Part shown: positions 8,601 through 17,315 of the stretch, piece after piece
Position numbering within the stretch: the stretch's first letter is position 1
Layout of the letters: the number at the start of each line of letters is the position of its first letter
The notes under the pieces: generated by a model
Databases searched by the model: none
What the model saw: the letters and a program-made list of their open reading frames with translations, nothing else
What the model was told of the DNA's origin: nothing
Program-made: the position numbers and the translations under genes
Assembly: GCA_036337435.1 (NCBI GenBank)
Contig: JAYZEG010000045.1
Coordinates: 1 to 20,790 of the forward strand
Length of the DNA: 20,790 nt
Source of the DNA: Myxococcota bacterium
GTDB taxonomy: Bacteria > Myxococcota_A > Bradymonadia > UBA7976 > UBA1532
Direction: 5' to 3'

Positions 8601-10113
8601 AATTTTCTCCGAGACCAACAGCGGACTTTCAAATGAACTCGTGATTCAGCAAACGAGTAATAACCGGATCCTCAAGCCTGTTCTCTTATATCACGAAGCA
8701 GGCGACGTGTATGTCCTGGTCACAACCGCCGTCAATACCAATAACACTGAGGATTTAACCTCATCAAAAATTCACCGCTTCACTTGGAATCCCGTCCCTG
8801 GAAATGATCTACGGATTGAGTCGACCATCACCTGGGGCGAGGAAGACCCAGCAGAGACGCACGCCAGTCAATTCATTCACGGTGTTGATACCGGCGATAG
8901 TGTGCTCTTGCTTGCCAATCGGCGGGACGGAAACAGTGCTCGGCTGCCCTTGGCGCTGGTCAAAATCGCGAAAGCTGAGATTGCTGATTTCCCACGGGTT
9001 GGAGCCCTCCGTTATAATGAGGACTTCAGCGGCTTAATCAAAGTAACAGGGGTTGCCGTGAACCCAAATATTGCACCCAACATTGAAGCTGTAGCAAATG
9101 CAAATGTGATGTCTTTACGTATCGACCAAATCGAAGATGAAGAAGGCAGCCTTAACGACCCTTGGACCACAGCAGAAGTGACCGTCGGCAGCGCCAAGAT
9201 CTCAGAGCCGCTCTCCTTTGTGGACGGCAACGATACGCGCATGGTGTTCGTGACGCTGGGACGTCGTGGTATCTCCATGACACCAGATGAAAACTACCGT
9301 CGCGTCTGGGTTTACCGCGTATCGAATCTCGGTCAGGGTGAGATCAGACCAACGCAAAACGAAGGCTATGAGCTTATCTCTGAAATAGACGCAGTCTTGG
9401 CCCAACAAATTGTCAGTTATGAACTGGCCTTATCCGAATGGCGAAATGGAAATCACAACTCGATGGCTTTGGTGATGACTGCCGGCAGCAAACCCGGTGC
9501 GGGATGTGACCCTGCTGTGTGTGCAAGAGGCTTGCAGTGCCGCGCGCTAGAAGGTGGCAATGGACGATCGAAATGCCAGAAACACCAAGGCATCTTAGTG
9601 GTCCGCGCCGCTTTCCAGTTCGACGACGCTGGCCGCTTAATTGAAGAGCCTTTAAGTAAAAGTGTTATGCCTTTGGCAACGCGTGATTGGCAGCTCCGTC
9701 GCTACGGAGCGGCGACCCTCGCAACTTGGGTCGAAGAAGAGGAGGATTTGCGGATTGCGAGAGCCAATGTCACCCCATTTAGGCTCAATACGATGTTCTG
9801 TGACGATGAACCAGGCCAGTGCCAACTTCCCTCCACGGAGCTCGGTAGCGATGACCTGGATGGAGACGGGGTCGCTGCAGAACGTGATTGTGATGACCAA
9901 GACCCAGATCTCGGCCTGTGGGATCAGGGGGGAGACCTCTGTGCCAGTTATGAATCACTCCTTGGACCCCAGAGACGAGGCCTATTTGAGGCAGAGTGGA
10001 TGGGGCGAGCTCAATTGCTGGGCGAAGATGCTCCGCTGCTGCTGACTCAGGACGGGACACCGGGGCGATTCTTTTATCGTCTGACACCAATAGCCGCCTG
10101 TGGCCTAGAATAA
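5626..10113 (+). CDS. Large surface lipoprotein: right-handed beta-helix (pectin-lyase-like) region, YPMGEW repeat insert, CxGxDxDCDG ('MopE-related') repeats and a beta-rich C-terminal region
   Basis: Lipobox VTVG-C16 and acidic linker. YVNADAEDGGDGSRRQPFNAVQTAIDAA...LAAGEY is a typical beta-helix N-cap. Repeats EVCNGLDDDCDGEFDEG, EVCDGRDNDCDGFKDE, DLDGDGVAAERDCDDQDP. 1495-aa uninterrupted frame. Confidence 0.82.
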   Translation: MRIPYLALFVLVTVGCTDNNPSNRADIGREVDGASASDSRVGAFDAGADGEVPVLADAILDPDLGEPDLGIEPDLGIEPDQGVEPVTIFSGDIGADELDQADGYRSAAYLGRLAANWQRFYVNADAEDGGDGSRRQPFNAVQTAIDAAQGQPTVLILAAGEYEGALDVPGSIAILGTGVGQTRLTSPMDFTIRASGGAMQRLILGWLTIEGQYGISLSNWGEFHSFHTEINVSDGNAVALSGVNTAVLMNNSITGSDAAPADRPLISVKGSGVAFLKTRLEAHGGPGMVAQFQNQDDAHCGSSPVCPFSNFVFLEDVRVQNVVGHGIQLKHAAMGIHRLSIDQIRRSETTAARGLELTQTFGRTWDTIDIRNVDGTCMQTYSARGRNLDLTVENCTQGGLAVDRLPATHPELVFPSNDWEENDLGWDWPIPTNWSLRPTVFSTRPRPGANVEYPMGEWYPMGEWYPMGEWYPMGEWYPMGEWYPMGEWFPATDWLPEIEYVDQDVGLPIPLSINGEGSAPDLELHLWARQMFTGTDALNNGAFGIKLSGHATDLMDTEIRNTLPAGGNEPAVPDGNDEPGVDDNAQPQGSDGRNRGRAVSAADGPFVPPIPDQRSAHGQLGLGDDGAIGLLIQQNSLVPLTQRGSSALALSRVDTVRIQDTAGPGLVMQRVALVGIGGRPFLERGLPIIDGTLIANQGPGAIIVDTAMDLISSEVLDSNGIGLWCAGYSGVMYDNTIQNTASSPVNGIDAGFGLLVAPSTARTKLFSRLGRATLLENSISGSASYAAVIEGECGVRATMLFDSDQVVDNGQDGTLRVTVPGYNPDLTCIEMLEDTLDVYTAQYPDEEMGACVPDEPCPEPDPQELVPSLSSRDISADVCPPGRQRQEEVCNGLDDDCDGEFDEGQPSDNACGGCGDEPDEVCDGRDNDCDGFKDEIKLRTDANESYDLDNTPDGTTGMGGIITSSSTTGESLVLMDIGRDNDADGNTVRRFRIFSETNSGLSNELVIQQTSNNRILKPVLLYHEAGDVYVLVTTAVNTNNTEDLTSSKIHRFTWNPVPGNDLRIESTITWGEEDPAETHASQFIHGVDTGDSVLLLANRRDGNSARLPLALVKIAKAEIADFPRVGALRYNEDFSGLIKVTGVAVNPNIAPNIEAVANANVMSLRIDQIEDEEGSLNDPWTTAEVTVGSAKISEPLSFVDGNDTRMVFVTLGRRGISMTPDENYRRVWVYRVSNLGQGEIRPTQNEGYELISEIDAVLAQQIVSYELALSEWRNGNHNSMALVMTAGSKPGAGCDPAVCARGLQCRALEGGNGRSKCQKHQGILVVRAAFQFDDAGRLIEEPLSKSVMPLATRDWQLRRYGAATLATWVEEEEDLRIARANVTPFRLNTMFCDDEPGQCQLPSTELGSDDLDGDGVAAERDCDDQDPDLGLWDQGGDLCASYESLLGPQRRGLFEAEWMGRAQLLGEDAPLLLTQDGTPGRFFYRLTPIAACGLE
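5806..5880 (+). repeat. Coding tandem repeat (E/D)PDLG(I) in the lipoprotein linker
   Basis: GAACCAGACCTTGGCATT x2 exact (5821-5856) plus GAACCAGACCAAGGCGTT and a degenerate preceding unit. Encodes DPDLGEPDLGIEPDLGIEPDQGVEP. Confidence 0.85.
6982..7089 (+). repeat. 18-bp coding tandem repeat x6 encoding (YPMGEW)6
   Basis: Consensus TAYCCCATGGGYGARTGG. All six units encode the identical peptide, and nucleotide differences occur only at third codon positions. Confidence 0.97.
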
Positions 10114-10320
10114 TCGAGATGACATGTTGCATCGAAGCACGACGCCATGGTCACAGGTCAGGGCCTGTCGTCAGTCCGCTGGCGAATCCCATCACAGCGA
10201 TTAGGCTAATCTCATGGACGCTTATCCGGCCCTGATGACCATCAGATTTTGCCAAATTAAGCCATTTCTAACGTCAAAGTAATTGGGGACGAGCGAACAC
10301 AACTCCACTGAGGAAAATCA

Positions 10321-11097
10321 ATGATAATCAATTCGATGTTGCTCCAGCGATGGCTGGCCGCTTTGTTGACTCTCTCGCTGTGTGCCTGCGCTGCGGACGA
10401 GACTGCGAGCAGGCATTCGATGGGTACAGATGTACACCCGGAGAGGGACACCGATGCGGGCCCGTTCTTGGATGGAGCCAGCCCTACTGTAGATGCTGAC
10501 TTGCCACCCGTCTACACTCACAAAATGCTCAAGGCAACAGGTGAAAATCGCTTTTCGCAGCTGTCTTATGAATGCAACATTTGCACCTTTGAGCAGGTCT
10601 CGAAGATTGAGGCCCCTGAAGGATGGACGTTCGGGCCGACACAGATTTTGATTCCCCTGGGTGAGATGCGTTCCAGGCCGTCCTTTGATGGCGTACCCGA
10701 CGCCATGGATTTCATTGATGAGGTCCCTGGTGCTGAATACAAGCTCATCGCGAAAACTCTAACGGCTCAGATCGTCGAGCTCGGGCAGAACGGCATTATG
10801 GTCGAAGCACAAGTCATGCGGGATACCCGGCTGTGGTTTCCTGCAGGTCGCCGCGTCCATGAACTGACCGATCCAAGAGGACGGACTTTTGTTCTCTTTG
10901 CATATGATATCGACCCCATGACCCTTGACGTTCCTGATTTCGAGGACCCCACAGCCCTCGGTGACTTTCGCGGTCCAGAAGGATGGACATACGCGACACG
11001 GGTTGTCAGTGAAGAACTCGCCTTAGACTCCAGTGGTACCGTGAGCGTCCTGGCCATCCGAGGTGAGGTCACATCAACTTGGGAACTGCGCCAATAA
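10321..11097 (+). CDS. Hypothetical lipoprotein
   Basis: GAGG RBS at ~10310. Signal peptide ending LSLCAC, acidic linker, CNIC motif, two PEGW motifs (APEGWTFG, GPEGWTYATR), VHELTDPRGRTFVL. No function recognised. Confidence 0.8.
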   Translation: MIINSMLLQRWLAALLTLSLCACAADETASRHSMGTDVHPERDTDAGPFLDGASPTVDADLPPVYTHKMLKATGENRFSQLSYECNICTFEQVSKIEAPEGWTFGPTQILIPLGEMRSRPSFDGVPDAMDFIDEVPGAEYKLIAKTLTAQIVELGQNGIMVEAQVMRDTRLWFPAGRRVHELTDPRGRTFVLFAYDIDPMTLDVPDFEDPTALGDFRGPEGWTYATRVVSEELALDSSGTVSVLAIRGEVTSTWELRQ

Positions 11098-11262
11098 GCC
11101 AAGCTCTCAGTCCAATCGCTCATACACCAATGGCTCATGGGTCCTGCCAAATGACTTCAATATGGGGTCTTAAACGCAGTGCGAGGCGTCTCGAGTGCCG
11201 TGTCGCCCAAAGCAGCTCGTTCATGGTGGCGAGTGTATTGGTGGGTCAGCAGACGGAAGATG

Positions 11263-13812
11263 TCATTGAGATGATGTATCCGTTTTGTCGCTGTCTGAGA
11301 CTGCATTCTCTGCAGACGCTGTATCTGTGGCGTCGTCTTTTTCTTTGGGCGGGTCGACTGGTTCGACATATCGACCGCCGACCCATTTTATCGCCAGTGG
11401 CCTGTCTCTCTCGGCCATTTCAGGCGTAACCATGCCACGACGAAGCATACGCTGAAGTACGATCTCCGATTTCTCTTCCCAGTATGGTCCCCTCGGGGTA
11501 CTGCCTCGATATTTTATGCTCGTAAAGGCTCTCGGAGATGGTTTGATGAGCGCTAAAAAAATTGATTCTCTGGGGCGCAATCGCCAGGCCGATTTCTGGA
11601 AGTAGTGGCGCGCAGCTTTCCCAATTCCATAGAGATTATGGCCGAATTCAATGCAATTAAGATAAAGCTCCAGAACCCGGTTTCGCGACAACTCCTGTGT
11701 AATCCGCTTCGCAATTAAGACCTCTTGGACTTTACGTGCAATGGATTTGTCTCGCGTCAGAAATAGATTCTTGACCAGCTGTTGGGTGACGGTTGACCCG
11801 CCGTAAACAAATCGACCATTGATTAAATTAAGACGGATAGCGCGCGAAATCAGGCCTCGATCGATCGCTTGATTTCTAGGGAAGAGAACCTCTTCGCTTA
11901 GGTAGGCTGCACCACCAACGTGAGAGGGAAGCCCCCCGATCTTTATGTAGCTCCGTGTGCCGGGGCCAACCACCAGCTCTCGACCCCCATAAACGCCTTC
12001 ATTGAGTTTAAGGATAAATTTCTTCTTGAGCCAATCAACATCATCGAGAGGGGCCGAATCACCGCGAGCAAATGTCACGTTGGGCCAAGCATCCTTACGC
12101 GCGTTCAGAGCGTCAACCGAACAATGTTGAATAATACCGCCAAAATAAGTCCGCATTTGTGAAGGAAAATGAAGGGGCCATTTAAACTTAAGCCATGGCT
12201 TCATTTGCCCGGATAATTTGACATTCTTATACGCACCCAGAACGCCGTTGGGCAACGAATCGATAGCGGCTTGGCAATCCATCGGCTCAGCACCGCCTTT
12301 GATATTGAAATAGCGTTTGCGGCCGTACCCGATGTACGTGATGTCGAGGGTCAGGTCGACAACCCCCATCTTAAACTTAAAGGTCGGGTTACTTCGCTTC
12401 AGGAGGCGGTCGTAGGAACCGGTGATGGTGATTTCGCCCTGCGCATCCGTGATCGGTTGTGGCGATAATGGAGCGAGTTCGATGCGCCCATCGGAGACAC
12501 CTACGGTGGTTTGTGTCACCACTTGCCGCAGGTCATCAAGCCCATCTCCGAGAATGGTCGCAACCCCCGTTGAGGATAAACGACCATCCAACCCCATTCG
12601 GGTTTGCGAGTATTCAGGTTTCCAACGTGCGACCGCATCGAGCAATTGCTTTAAATTAATGTTCTTTGCCTCCCAGAACAGGGTCTGAGGGATGCCCGTG
12701 TATCCTTCCCAATCGAGTTCAATGGCGGCTGTACCACCGGCTATCGCGATATCTGTTTTTACCCAATCAATGCCCAGCCGGCCTTTGGCTAACACCACTT
12801 TGGGCAGACCATCTTTCTCCACTGTGAGATGCTGCCATGACAACAGCCCCCCCTTTTCAATGAACGAAAGTAGCTTGCCCGGCAATCGGACTCGAGGCAG
12901 CTTTTCAGTCGCCCCTTTGCCATGCGCACGTTCGGTCTTGGCCTGCCGTTTTTTTCTGGGCGTCTTCAAACGGACGCGACCGTTTGCAAGCATAATCGCA
13001 GGTGCCGCGAGCGACCCAGAAATTGTGGTTTCTGTGAGGTCCACATCCAGCTGATTTGTTGAAATGCCCGTTTCGTATAGTGAGAGTTTACTCCGCGATA
13101 AATCTAAAGAATTTATCGCAAGACGAAGACGCCCGAGGCGCATAAAGTGACCACCCAGGTTTAATTGTAGAAGTGGCTCTGTCTCCACGAGCGGTTCGAC
13201 ATAAACTGTCTGATGTGTTTCTTCGGGACGGTAGTTTATGCTTGCTCTGAGGGTGCCAGCCCCTGTGTATAAGCTCTTATGCTTGGCTGACACCATCAAC
13301 CGTGGCAATCCGTCAGCCCAATCAAAAACCCCGTCCAAAATTTCAATGTCAACAACTGTCGTCCCCCGGTTGATTAATTTGAATCCACCACCGGTGACCT
13401 GAACCCCATCGATTCCGAGGTCATACAGCCGCTTTAACCGATAGCCACTTGGAGACTCGGCAGCACTCATGGCCCCCTTTTCCTTCGTCTTTCCATTACG
13501 GCGAAGCGTCAAGTGGGGTTCCAACATGTGGACTGACCGAATTCGGGGTCGCTTACCAATCCAGTTAAAATGGTCGAGTTTAACCTCGACCTGCTCGATG
13601 ACAAATTCGCCGCGGGCGTGCTTGCCCCGGACTTGGTCTAAAGAGACACCGCTCCAATGCCAATTGAGCGACTCCCAACCCAATTGGACTCCTTTTTCCG
13701 CACTTTTCTCGATGATCTGCTTTTCAATGAAATCCATCCCTTGCCGAACAGCAAAAAAGCCGGAGACAAACAATAGGCCAATGACAAGCAGTATGAGGCG
13801 GCTTTTAGACAT
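11263..13812 (-). CDS. Membrane-anchored protein with C-terminal GT51 peptidoglycan transglycosylase domain (no transpeptidase domain) and long beta-rich, possibly AsmA-like N-terminal region
   Basis: N-terminal TM helix. GT51 motifs GGSTVTQQLVKNLFL, RKVQE, RVLELYLNCIEFG, YGIGKAARHYF, LALIKPSP. The protein ends shortly after the GT51 domain. Confidence 0.88.
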   Translation of the reverse strand: MSKSRLILLVIGLLFVSGFFAVRQGMDFIEKQIIEKSAEKGVQLGWESLNWHWSGVSLDQVRGKHARGEFVIEQVEVKLDHFNWIGKRPRIRSVHMLEPHLTLRRNGKTKEKGAMSAAESPSGYRLKRLYDLGIDGVQVTGGGFKLINRGTTVVDIEILDGVFDWADGLPRLMVSAKHKSLYTGAGTLRASINYRPEETHQTVYVEPLVETEPLLQLNLGGHFMRLGRLRLAINSLDLSRSKLSLYETGISTNQLDVDLTETTISGSLAAPAIMLANGRVRLKTPRKKRQAKTERAHGKGATEKLPRVRLPGKLLSFIEKGGLLSWQHLTVEKDGLPKVVLAKGRLGIDWVKTDIAIAGGTAAIELDWEGYTGIPQTLFWEAKNINLKQLLDAVARWKPEYSQTRMGLDGRLSSTGVATILGDGLDDLRQVVTQTTVGVSDGRIELAPLSPQPITDAQGEITITGSYDRLLKRSNPTFKFKMGVVDLTLDITYIGYGRKRYFNIKGGAEPMDCQAAIDSLPNGVLGAYKNVKLSGQMKPWLKFKWPLHFPSQMRTYFGGIIQHCSVDALNARKDAWPNVTFARGDSAPLDDVDWLKKKFILKLNEGVYGGRELVVGPGTRSYIKIGGLPSHVGGAAYLSEEVLFPRNQAIDRGLISRAIRLNLINGRFVYGGSTVTQQLVKNLFLTRDKSIARKVQEVLIAKRITQELSRNRVLELYLNCIEFGHNLYGIGKAARHYFQKSAWRLRPRESIFLALIKPSPRAFTSIKYRGSTPRGPYWEEKSEIVLQRMLRRGMVTPEMAERDRPLAIKWVGGRYVEPVDPPKEKDDATDTASAENAVSDSDKTDTSSQ

Positions 13813-14365
13813 TTTTCCAAAAGAATCGGTTCATTACAAAAAGACGATATACCGACTGACACACTTTCGGAAATAACTTCGGCCAGTTTGCTGAACCCAT
13901 AAGCATGCCATCAGGACAACGATACACATTAAGCGCGTCTTAGAGCATCTCTAAACTAAAACCTGAATTGGCACACAATAACCACGTACACCGGTCTTGC
14001 CTTGGTGCTGCCATAGTCTCTACCGTACGCTGTTTTGAAGGGACTCGATCAAAGGATCGTGTCATCAAACTGAGTCGGTTCGTGCCGTACGCCTGTGAAT
14101 CCACCACAACAAAGCGCAAGGTCGTGAAACATTTAAAATGACCACCATCAACTTAATGCAGGTCTGCTTCACTGGTCCCTGGATAACGAACCAACACCCC
14201 TCGATCGCGGACTCTCAAGTATTTGATTTTTGAAATGCCCCAACAAAAGATTCTTATGAATAGTTGCTTTTACCTAATTTTTAATGCTTGATCCCATCGA
14301 CCCTTTTTTTAAAGGGCTCTAATGATTAGCTAAAAGATAGTTATGACAAAAAGGGAGAATAATAA

Positions 14366-14668
14366 ATGCTTCGATTCTTAAATGCTGCTTTAGGTTGGAT
14401 TCCAGTAATTGGCCTCATTTTTAAGGGGCTCTACATCGGGAGTCTCGTAGGAAAGATTGTGGCCGTTGCAAAAGGGTGGACACCGGGCGAATCTGTCCAA
14501 GGGAAGACAGGTGAAGAGCTCGACGAAGCACTTGGTCACGAAGCAAATGTGCTTGTGGGCGAAGCGATGGAGCCATTGGAACTCGGCTCAATTGGCAGCA
14601 TCGTGCAGAAACGAGCCGTGGTCAAAGTCGTCTCGGTCATGCGAGAAAAGGCCACCGCTGCCGCTTGA
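14366..14668 (+). CDS. Small hypothetical protein with hydrophobic/amphipathic N-terminus
   Basis: AAGGGAG RBS at ~14351, ATG start, 100 aa with natural composition. N-terminus LGWIPVIGLIFKGLYIGSLVGKIVAVAKGW. Confidence 0.7.
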   Translation: MLRFLNAALGWIPVIGLIFKGLYIGSLVGKIVAVAKGWTPGESVQGKTGEELDEALGHEANVLVGEAMEPLELGSIGSIVQKRAVVKVVSVMREKATAAA

Positions 14669-14803
14669 GTGGTCAAAAGTCGTTATCACGCTGACCACCT
14701 TTTCGTGTCTACACACCTCCCGACAACACGCCCGCTTCTTTTTGACAGGTTGGAAAGACCGGTTTGTCATCTCTCGCCAATAACGGCGGTCCGATTGACA
14801 GCC

Positions 14804-15790
14804 TTACAGGTCTAACACCCCCTCGACAACGGCCGTCCAGCCACGGGCTAGATTATCCAAATTATAGCCACCCCCACCCAATATGAGTAGCCGACCATCG
14901 ACAAATTCATCAGCGAGTCTCGCGACTCGCCAGGCAATCTCTTTAATGGCTTTTGATGTCACTTTCTGATTTGACAGTGGGTCACCATCAAGACAGTCAA
15001 CCCCGCTTTCGAAGATAATGAATTGCGGCTCTGCCTCGCGGATAAAACGCTCAGCCAATTCCCAATGCTCGAGCATTCTTAGTTCATCTGTATAGGGTGC
15101 TAAGGGGATATTGAGGTTGGTTCCTGTGGCGTGACCAAGGCCTGTCTCAAGCGCGCGGTATCCACAATCAACAAGGCCCGGTTTATCGGGACTGTTTGGA
15201 AAAAGTGTGCTGGGGTCCTCGTGTAAATCCACAATGCCGACCCGCGGTTCAGACTCAAAAGCTTGGTAGACACCATCACCCTGATGGACATCAATATCGA
15301 TGTACATGATCTGCCCGTCTAATTGCTTGAGCAACAAAGTCACCGCGATGGCGGGGTCATTGTACAAGCAATACAATCTCGCAGCCTTTGGGAAGGCGTG
15401 ATGGAAGCCCGCAATGGGAATGAAGGCCTTCGAGAATTCGTCGGTCATGATCCGTCGAAGGGCATCCATAACAGCACCAACCACGTAGGTCGCAGCTGTC
15501 TCGATTTGCTGTCTCGCTAATGTCGGTCCCTCGTCTAACACACCGCTACCAATGGCACACTTTCGCCGAACTTCAGCCAGATAAAGCGGGTCATGAAATA
15601 GGCAAATTTCGGCGTCACTTGCCGGTCCGGCGGAGCGAAAGTCAAGTCGTTCCAAGCAGTTCATCTGGCTCAAAGCGTCGAGGAATGCATTGAGCCGCAC
15701 AGTGGGTTTAAACCAAGGTTTTTCCTAGTAACCATACCGGCCAAGGGTCTCATCGGCGTAGAGTGCCAAGGGGGCTTTCGATGACGTCAC
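14804..15790 (-). CDS. Zn-dependent deacetylase, HDAC / acetoin utilization AcuC family, with in-frame TAG at codon 22 (ORF track shows only 14804-15700)
   Basis: Motifs AGFHHA, YCLYND, IDIDVHQGDGV, NLNIPL, ESGVDCLDGDPL, GGGGY. Upstream of 15700 the same frame reads GTG(15790)-TSSKAPLALYADETLGRYGY*EKPWFKPTVRLNAF, with GAGGT 8 nt before the GTG. Confidence 0.88.
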
Positions 15791-15934
15791 TGTTATCAAC
15801 CTCACAAAACTAGGGGCCAGGAGACACACCGGTTTCAGAGTACCTCATAACCCTTTATGCAGCCGACCAGACACCCCAATTAGCCGATTTTTAGGTGCCA
15901 GTAGTCATCCAAGCCTGTCCGCGTTCAAAGTCGA

Positions 15935-16978
15935 TTACGGGCGGAGGCCATTGATATCGTGTTGGGCTAGAAAATCCCAGATTAGCTGGTCTAGAGACTG
16001 CCCAGCAACGTCGATATCGAACCAATCGTGGCCACCGCCGATCACTTTGTATAGATCGACGCCAGCGCCTCCACGTCCGCCGGTGTAGCGCTTGCGCTCA
16101 ATGGTCAAGCCATTACTCATGAAGGTTTCGATGGCGGGCGCGTCTGCTATGCCATTGTGTTGGACCCAAAACCCGGCGGCGGCATCGGCCGACATGAGAA
16201 AACCGTCATACCCGTTGAAGGGGCGTTCGAAATCCTGAGTGCCGTTAAAAATCGCAATCGCTGTCGGATGGACAGGATCACAGTTACCAGGCATTTCCGT
16301 CCACATTGAACCGGAAACGGGAGCAAATGCCGCCACCCGATCGCTCAAATAGCATGCCAGGCCGTAGACCATCCCGGCCCCGTTGGAATAGCCCGTGGCA
16401 TAGACACGGCTAGCGTCAACATTGAATTCTGTTGAGAGACGATCGAGCATGGCAGCGACGAATCCAAAGTCATCGGCGTCGCTCTTATTGTTGGGGGAGT
16501 CAAGCAACGGGTTCCAATGAGTGCCTTCTCCGTCAAGCACACTGCCCGTCGGGTAGACCAAAATCGTCCCGGATTCATCGGCAAAAGGACGCATATCTGA
16601 GGTGGCGAGTTGGCTATCGGCATTGAGGCCATTGCCATGAAAGTTCAGTAAAAGGGCGGACGGCTCAGTCGGCGTGTAGGATTCCGGTACATAAAGCAAG
16701 TATTCCCGGACCAATCCATCGTGCTGAAGCATATGCCGCGAGAGACCCGTGCTATGGGGCGGAAAAGTGACGGCCGCGTCACTCTCGTTGACCAAACCGT
16801 TATCCAGCTCGGTGCCCATGTCTGCAATCTCACCCTGGCCTGTCATGTCTTGGGATATGGACACGTCGATGGCCGCATCAAACAAAATCTGGTTTGCCTG
16901 AGGGTCAGTGTCACTCGAACAGGCAATGAAGCCTGCGCTCAGCGACAGCATTAATGCTAACGTCAAAAGTTGGTTCAC
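15935..16978 (-). CDS. PHB depolymerase family / LpqC-like esterase lipoprotein (alpha/beta hydrolase)
   Basis: AAGGAG RBS before GTG. Lipobox FIA-C. REYLLYVP, FHGNG, nucleophile motif GYSNG, NGTQD, GGGHDW (Ser-Asp-His triad). Confidence 0.9.
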   Translation of the reverse strand: MNQLLTLALMLSLSAGFIACSSDTDPQANQILFDAAIDVSISQDMTGQGEIADMGTELDNGLVNESDAAVTFPPHSTGLSRHMLQHDGLVREYLLYVPESYTPTEPSALLLNFHGNGLNADSQLATSDMRPFADESGTILVYPTGSVLDGEGTHWNPLLDSPNNKSDADDFGFVAAMLDRLSTEFNVDASRVYATGYSNGAGMVYGLACYLSDRVAAFAPVSGSMWTEMPGNCDPVHPTAIAIFNGTQDFERPFNGYDGFLMSADAAAGFWVQHNGIADAPAIETFMSNGLTIERKRYTGGRGGAGVDLYKVIGGGHDWFDIDVAGQSLDQLIWDFLAQHDINGLRP

Positions 16979-17315
16979 CGTTTACTCCTTGTTGACTGAA
17001 TCTAAGAAGGCTCGTCTTTTGATATTGGCTCGACCATGCTTGATTAGTCCTCAGCTTGCGTCTGGCGACCAATCATTCACTCCATTGCTCATGAGCATGG
17101 CAAAACAGGAACCCGTTTACTACGATCTTTTTGGCAACGGAGGCTATCTCATACGACACCCCGTATTGCATGAGTCCTGTGTGCCCCTGAATTTACGGTC
17201 CGAATTGCAGAAAGGGTGTTGGGGAGACACACACCCCGAGCAGACGACACGTTGCGTTTGAGGGGAGGACGCCACGAAAGGCGCGACGATGCCCCATCGA
17301 AGACTCCCTGTGCCG

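Noticed and set aside
10153..10175. CAGGTCAGGGCC resembling the SRP RNA core
   Set aside because: Lacks the GGAA tetraloop and AGCAG motif required for SRP helix 8.
13900..13985. TGGCA motifs as possible sigma-54 promoters (13969 plus strand, ~13910 minus strand)
   Set aside because: No correctly spaced -12 TGC element.
14743..14769. Hairpin TGACAGGTTGG/CCGGTTTGTCA between convergent genes
   Set aside because: Needs four G-U pairs and has no properly placed U-tract. Too weak to call a terminator.
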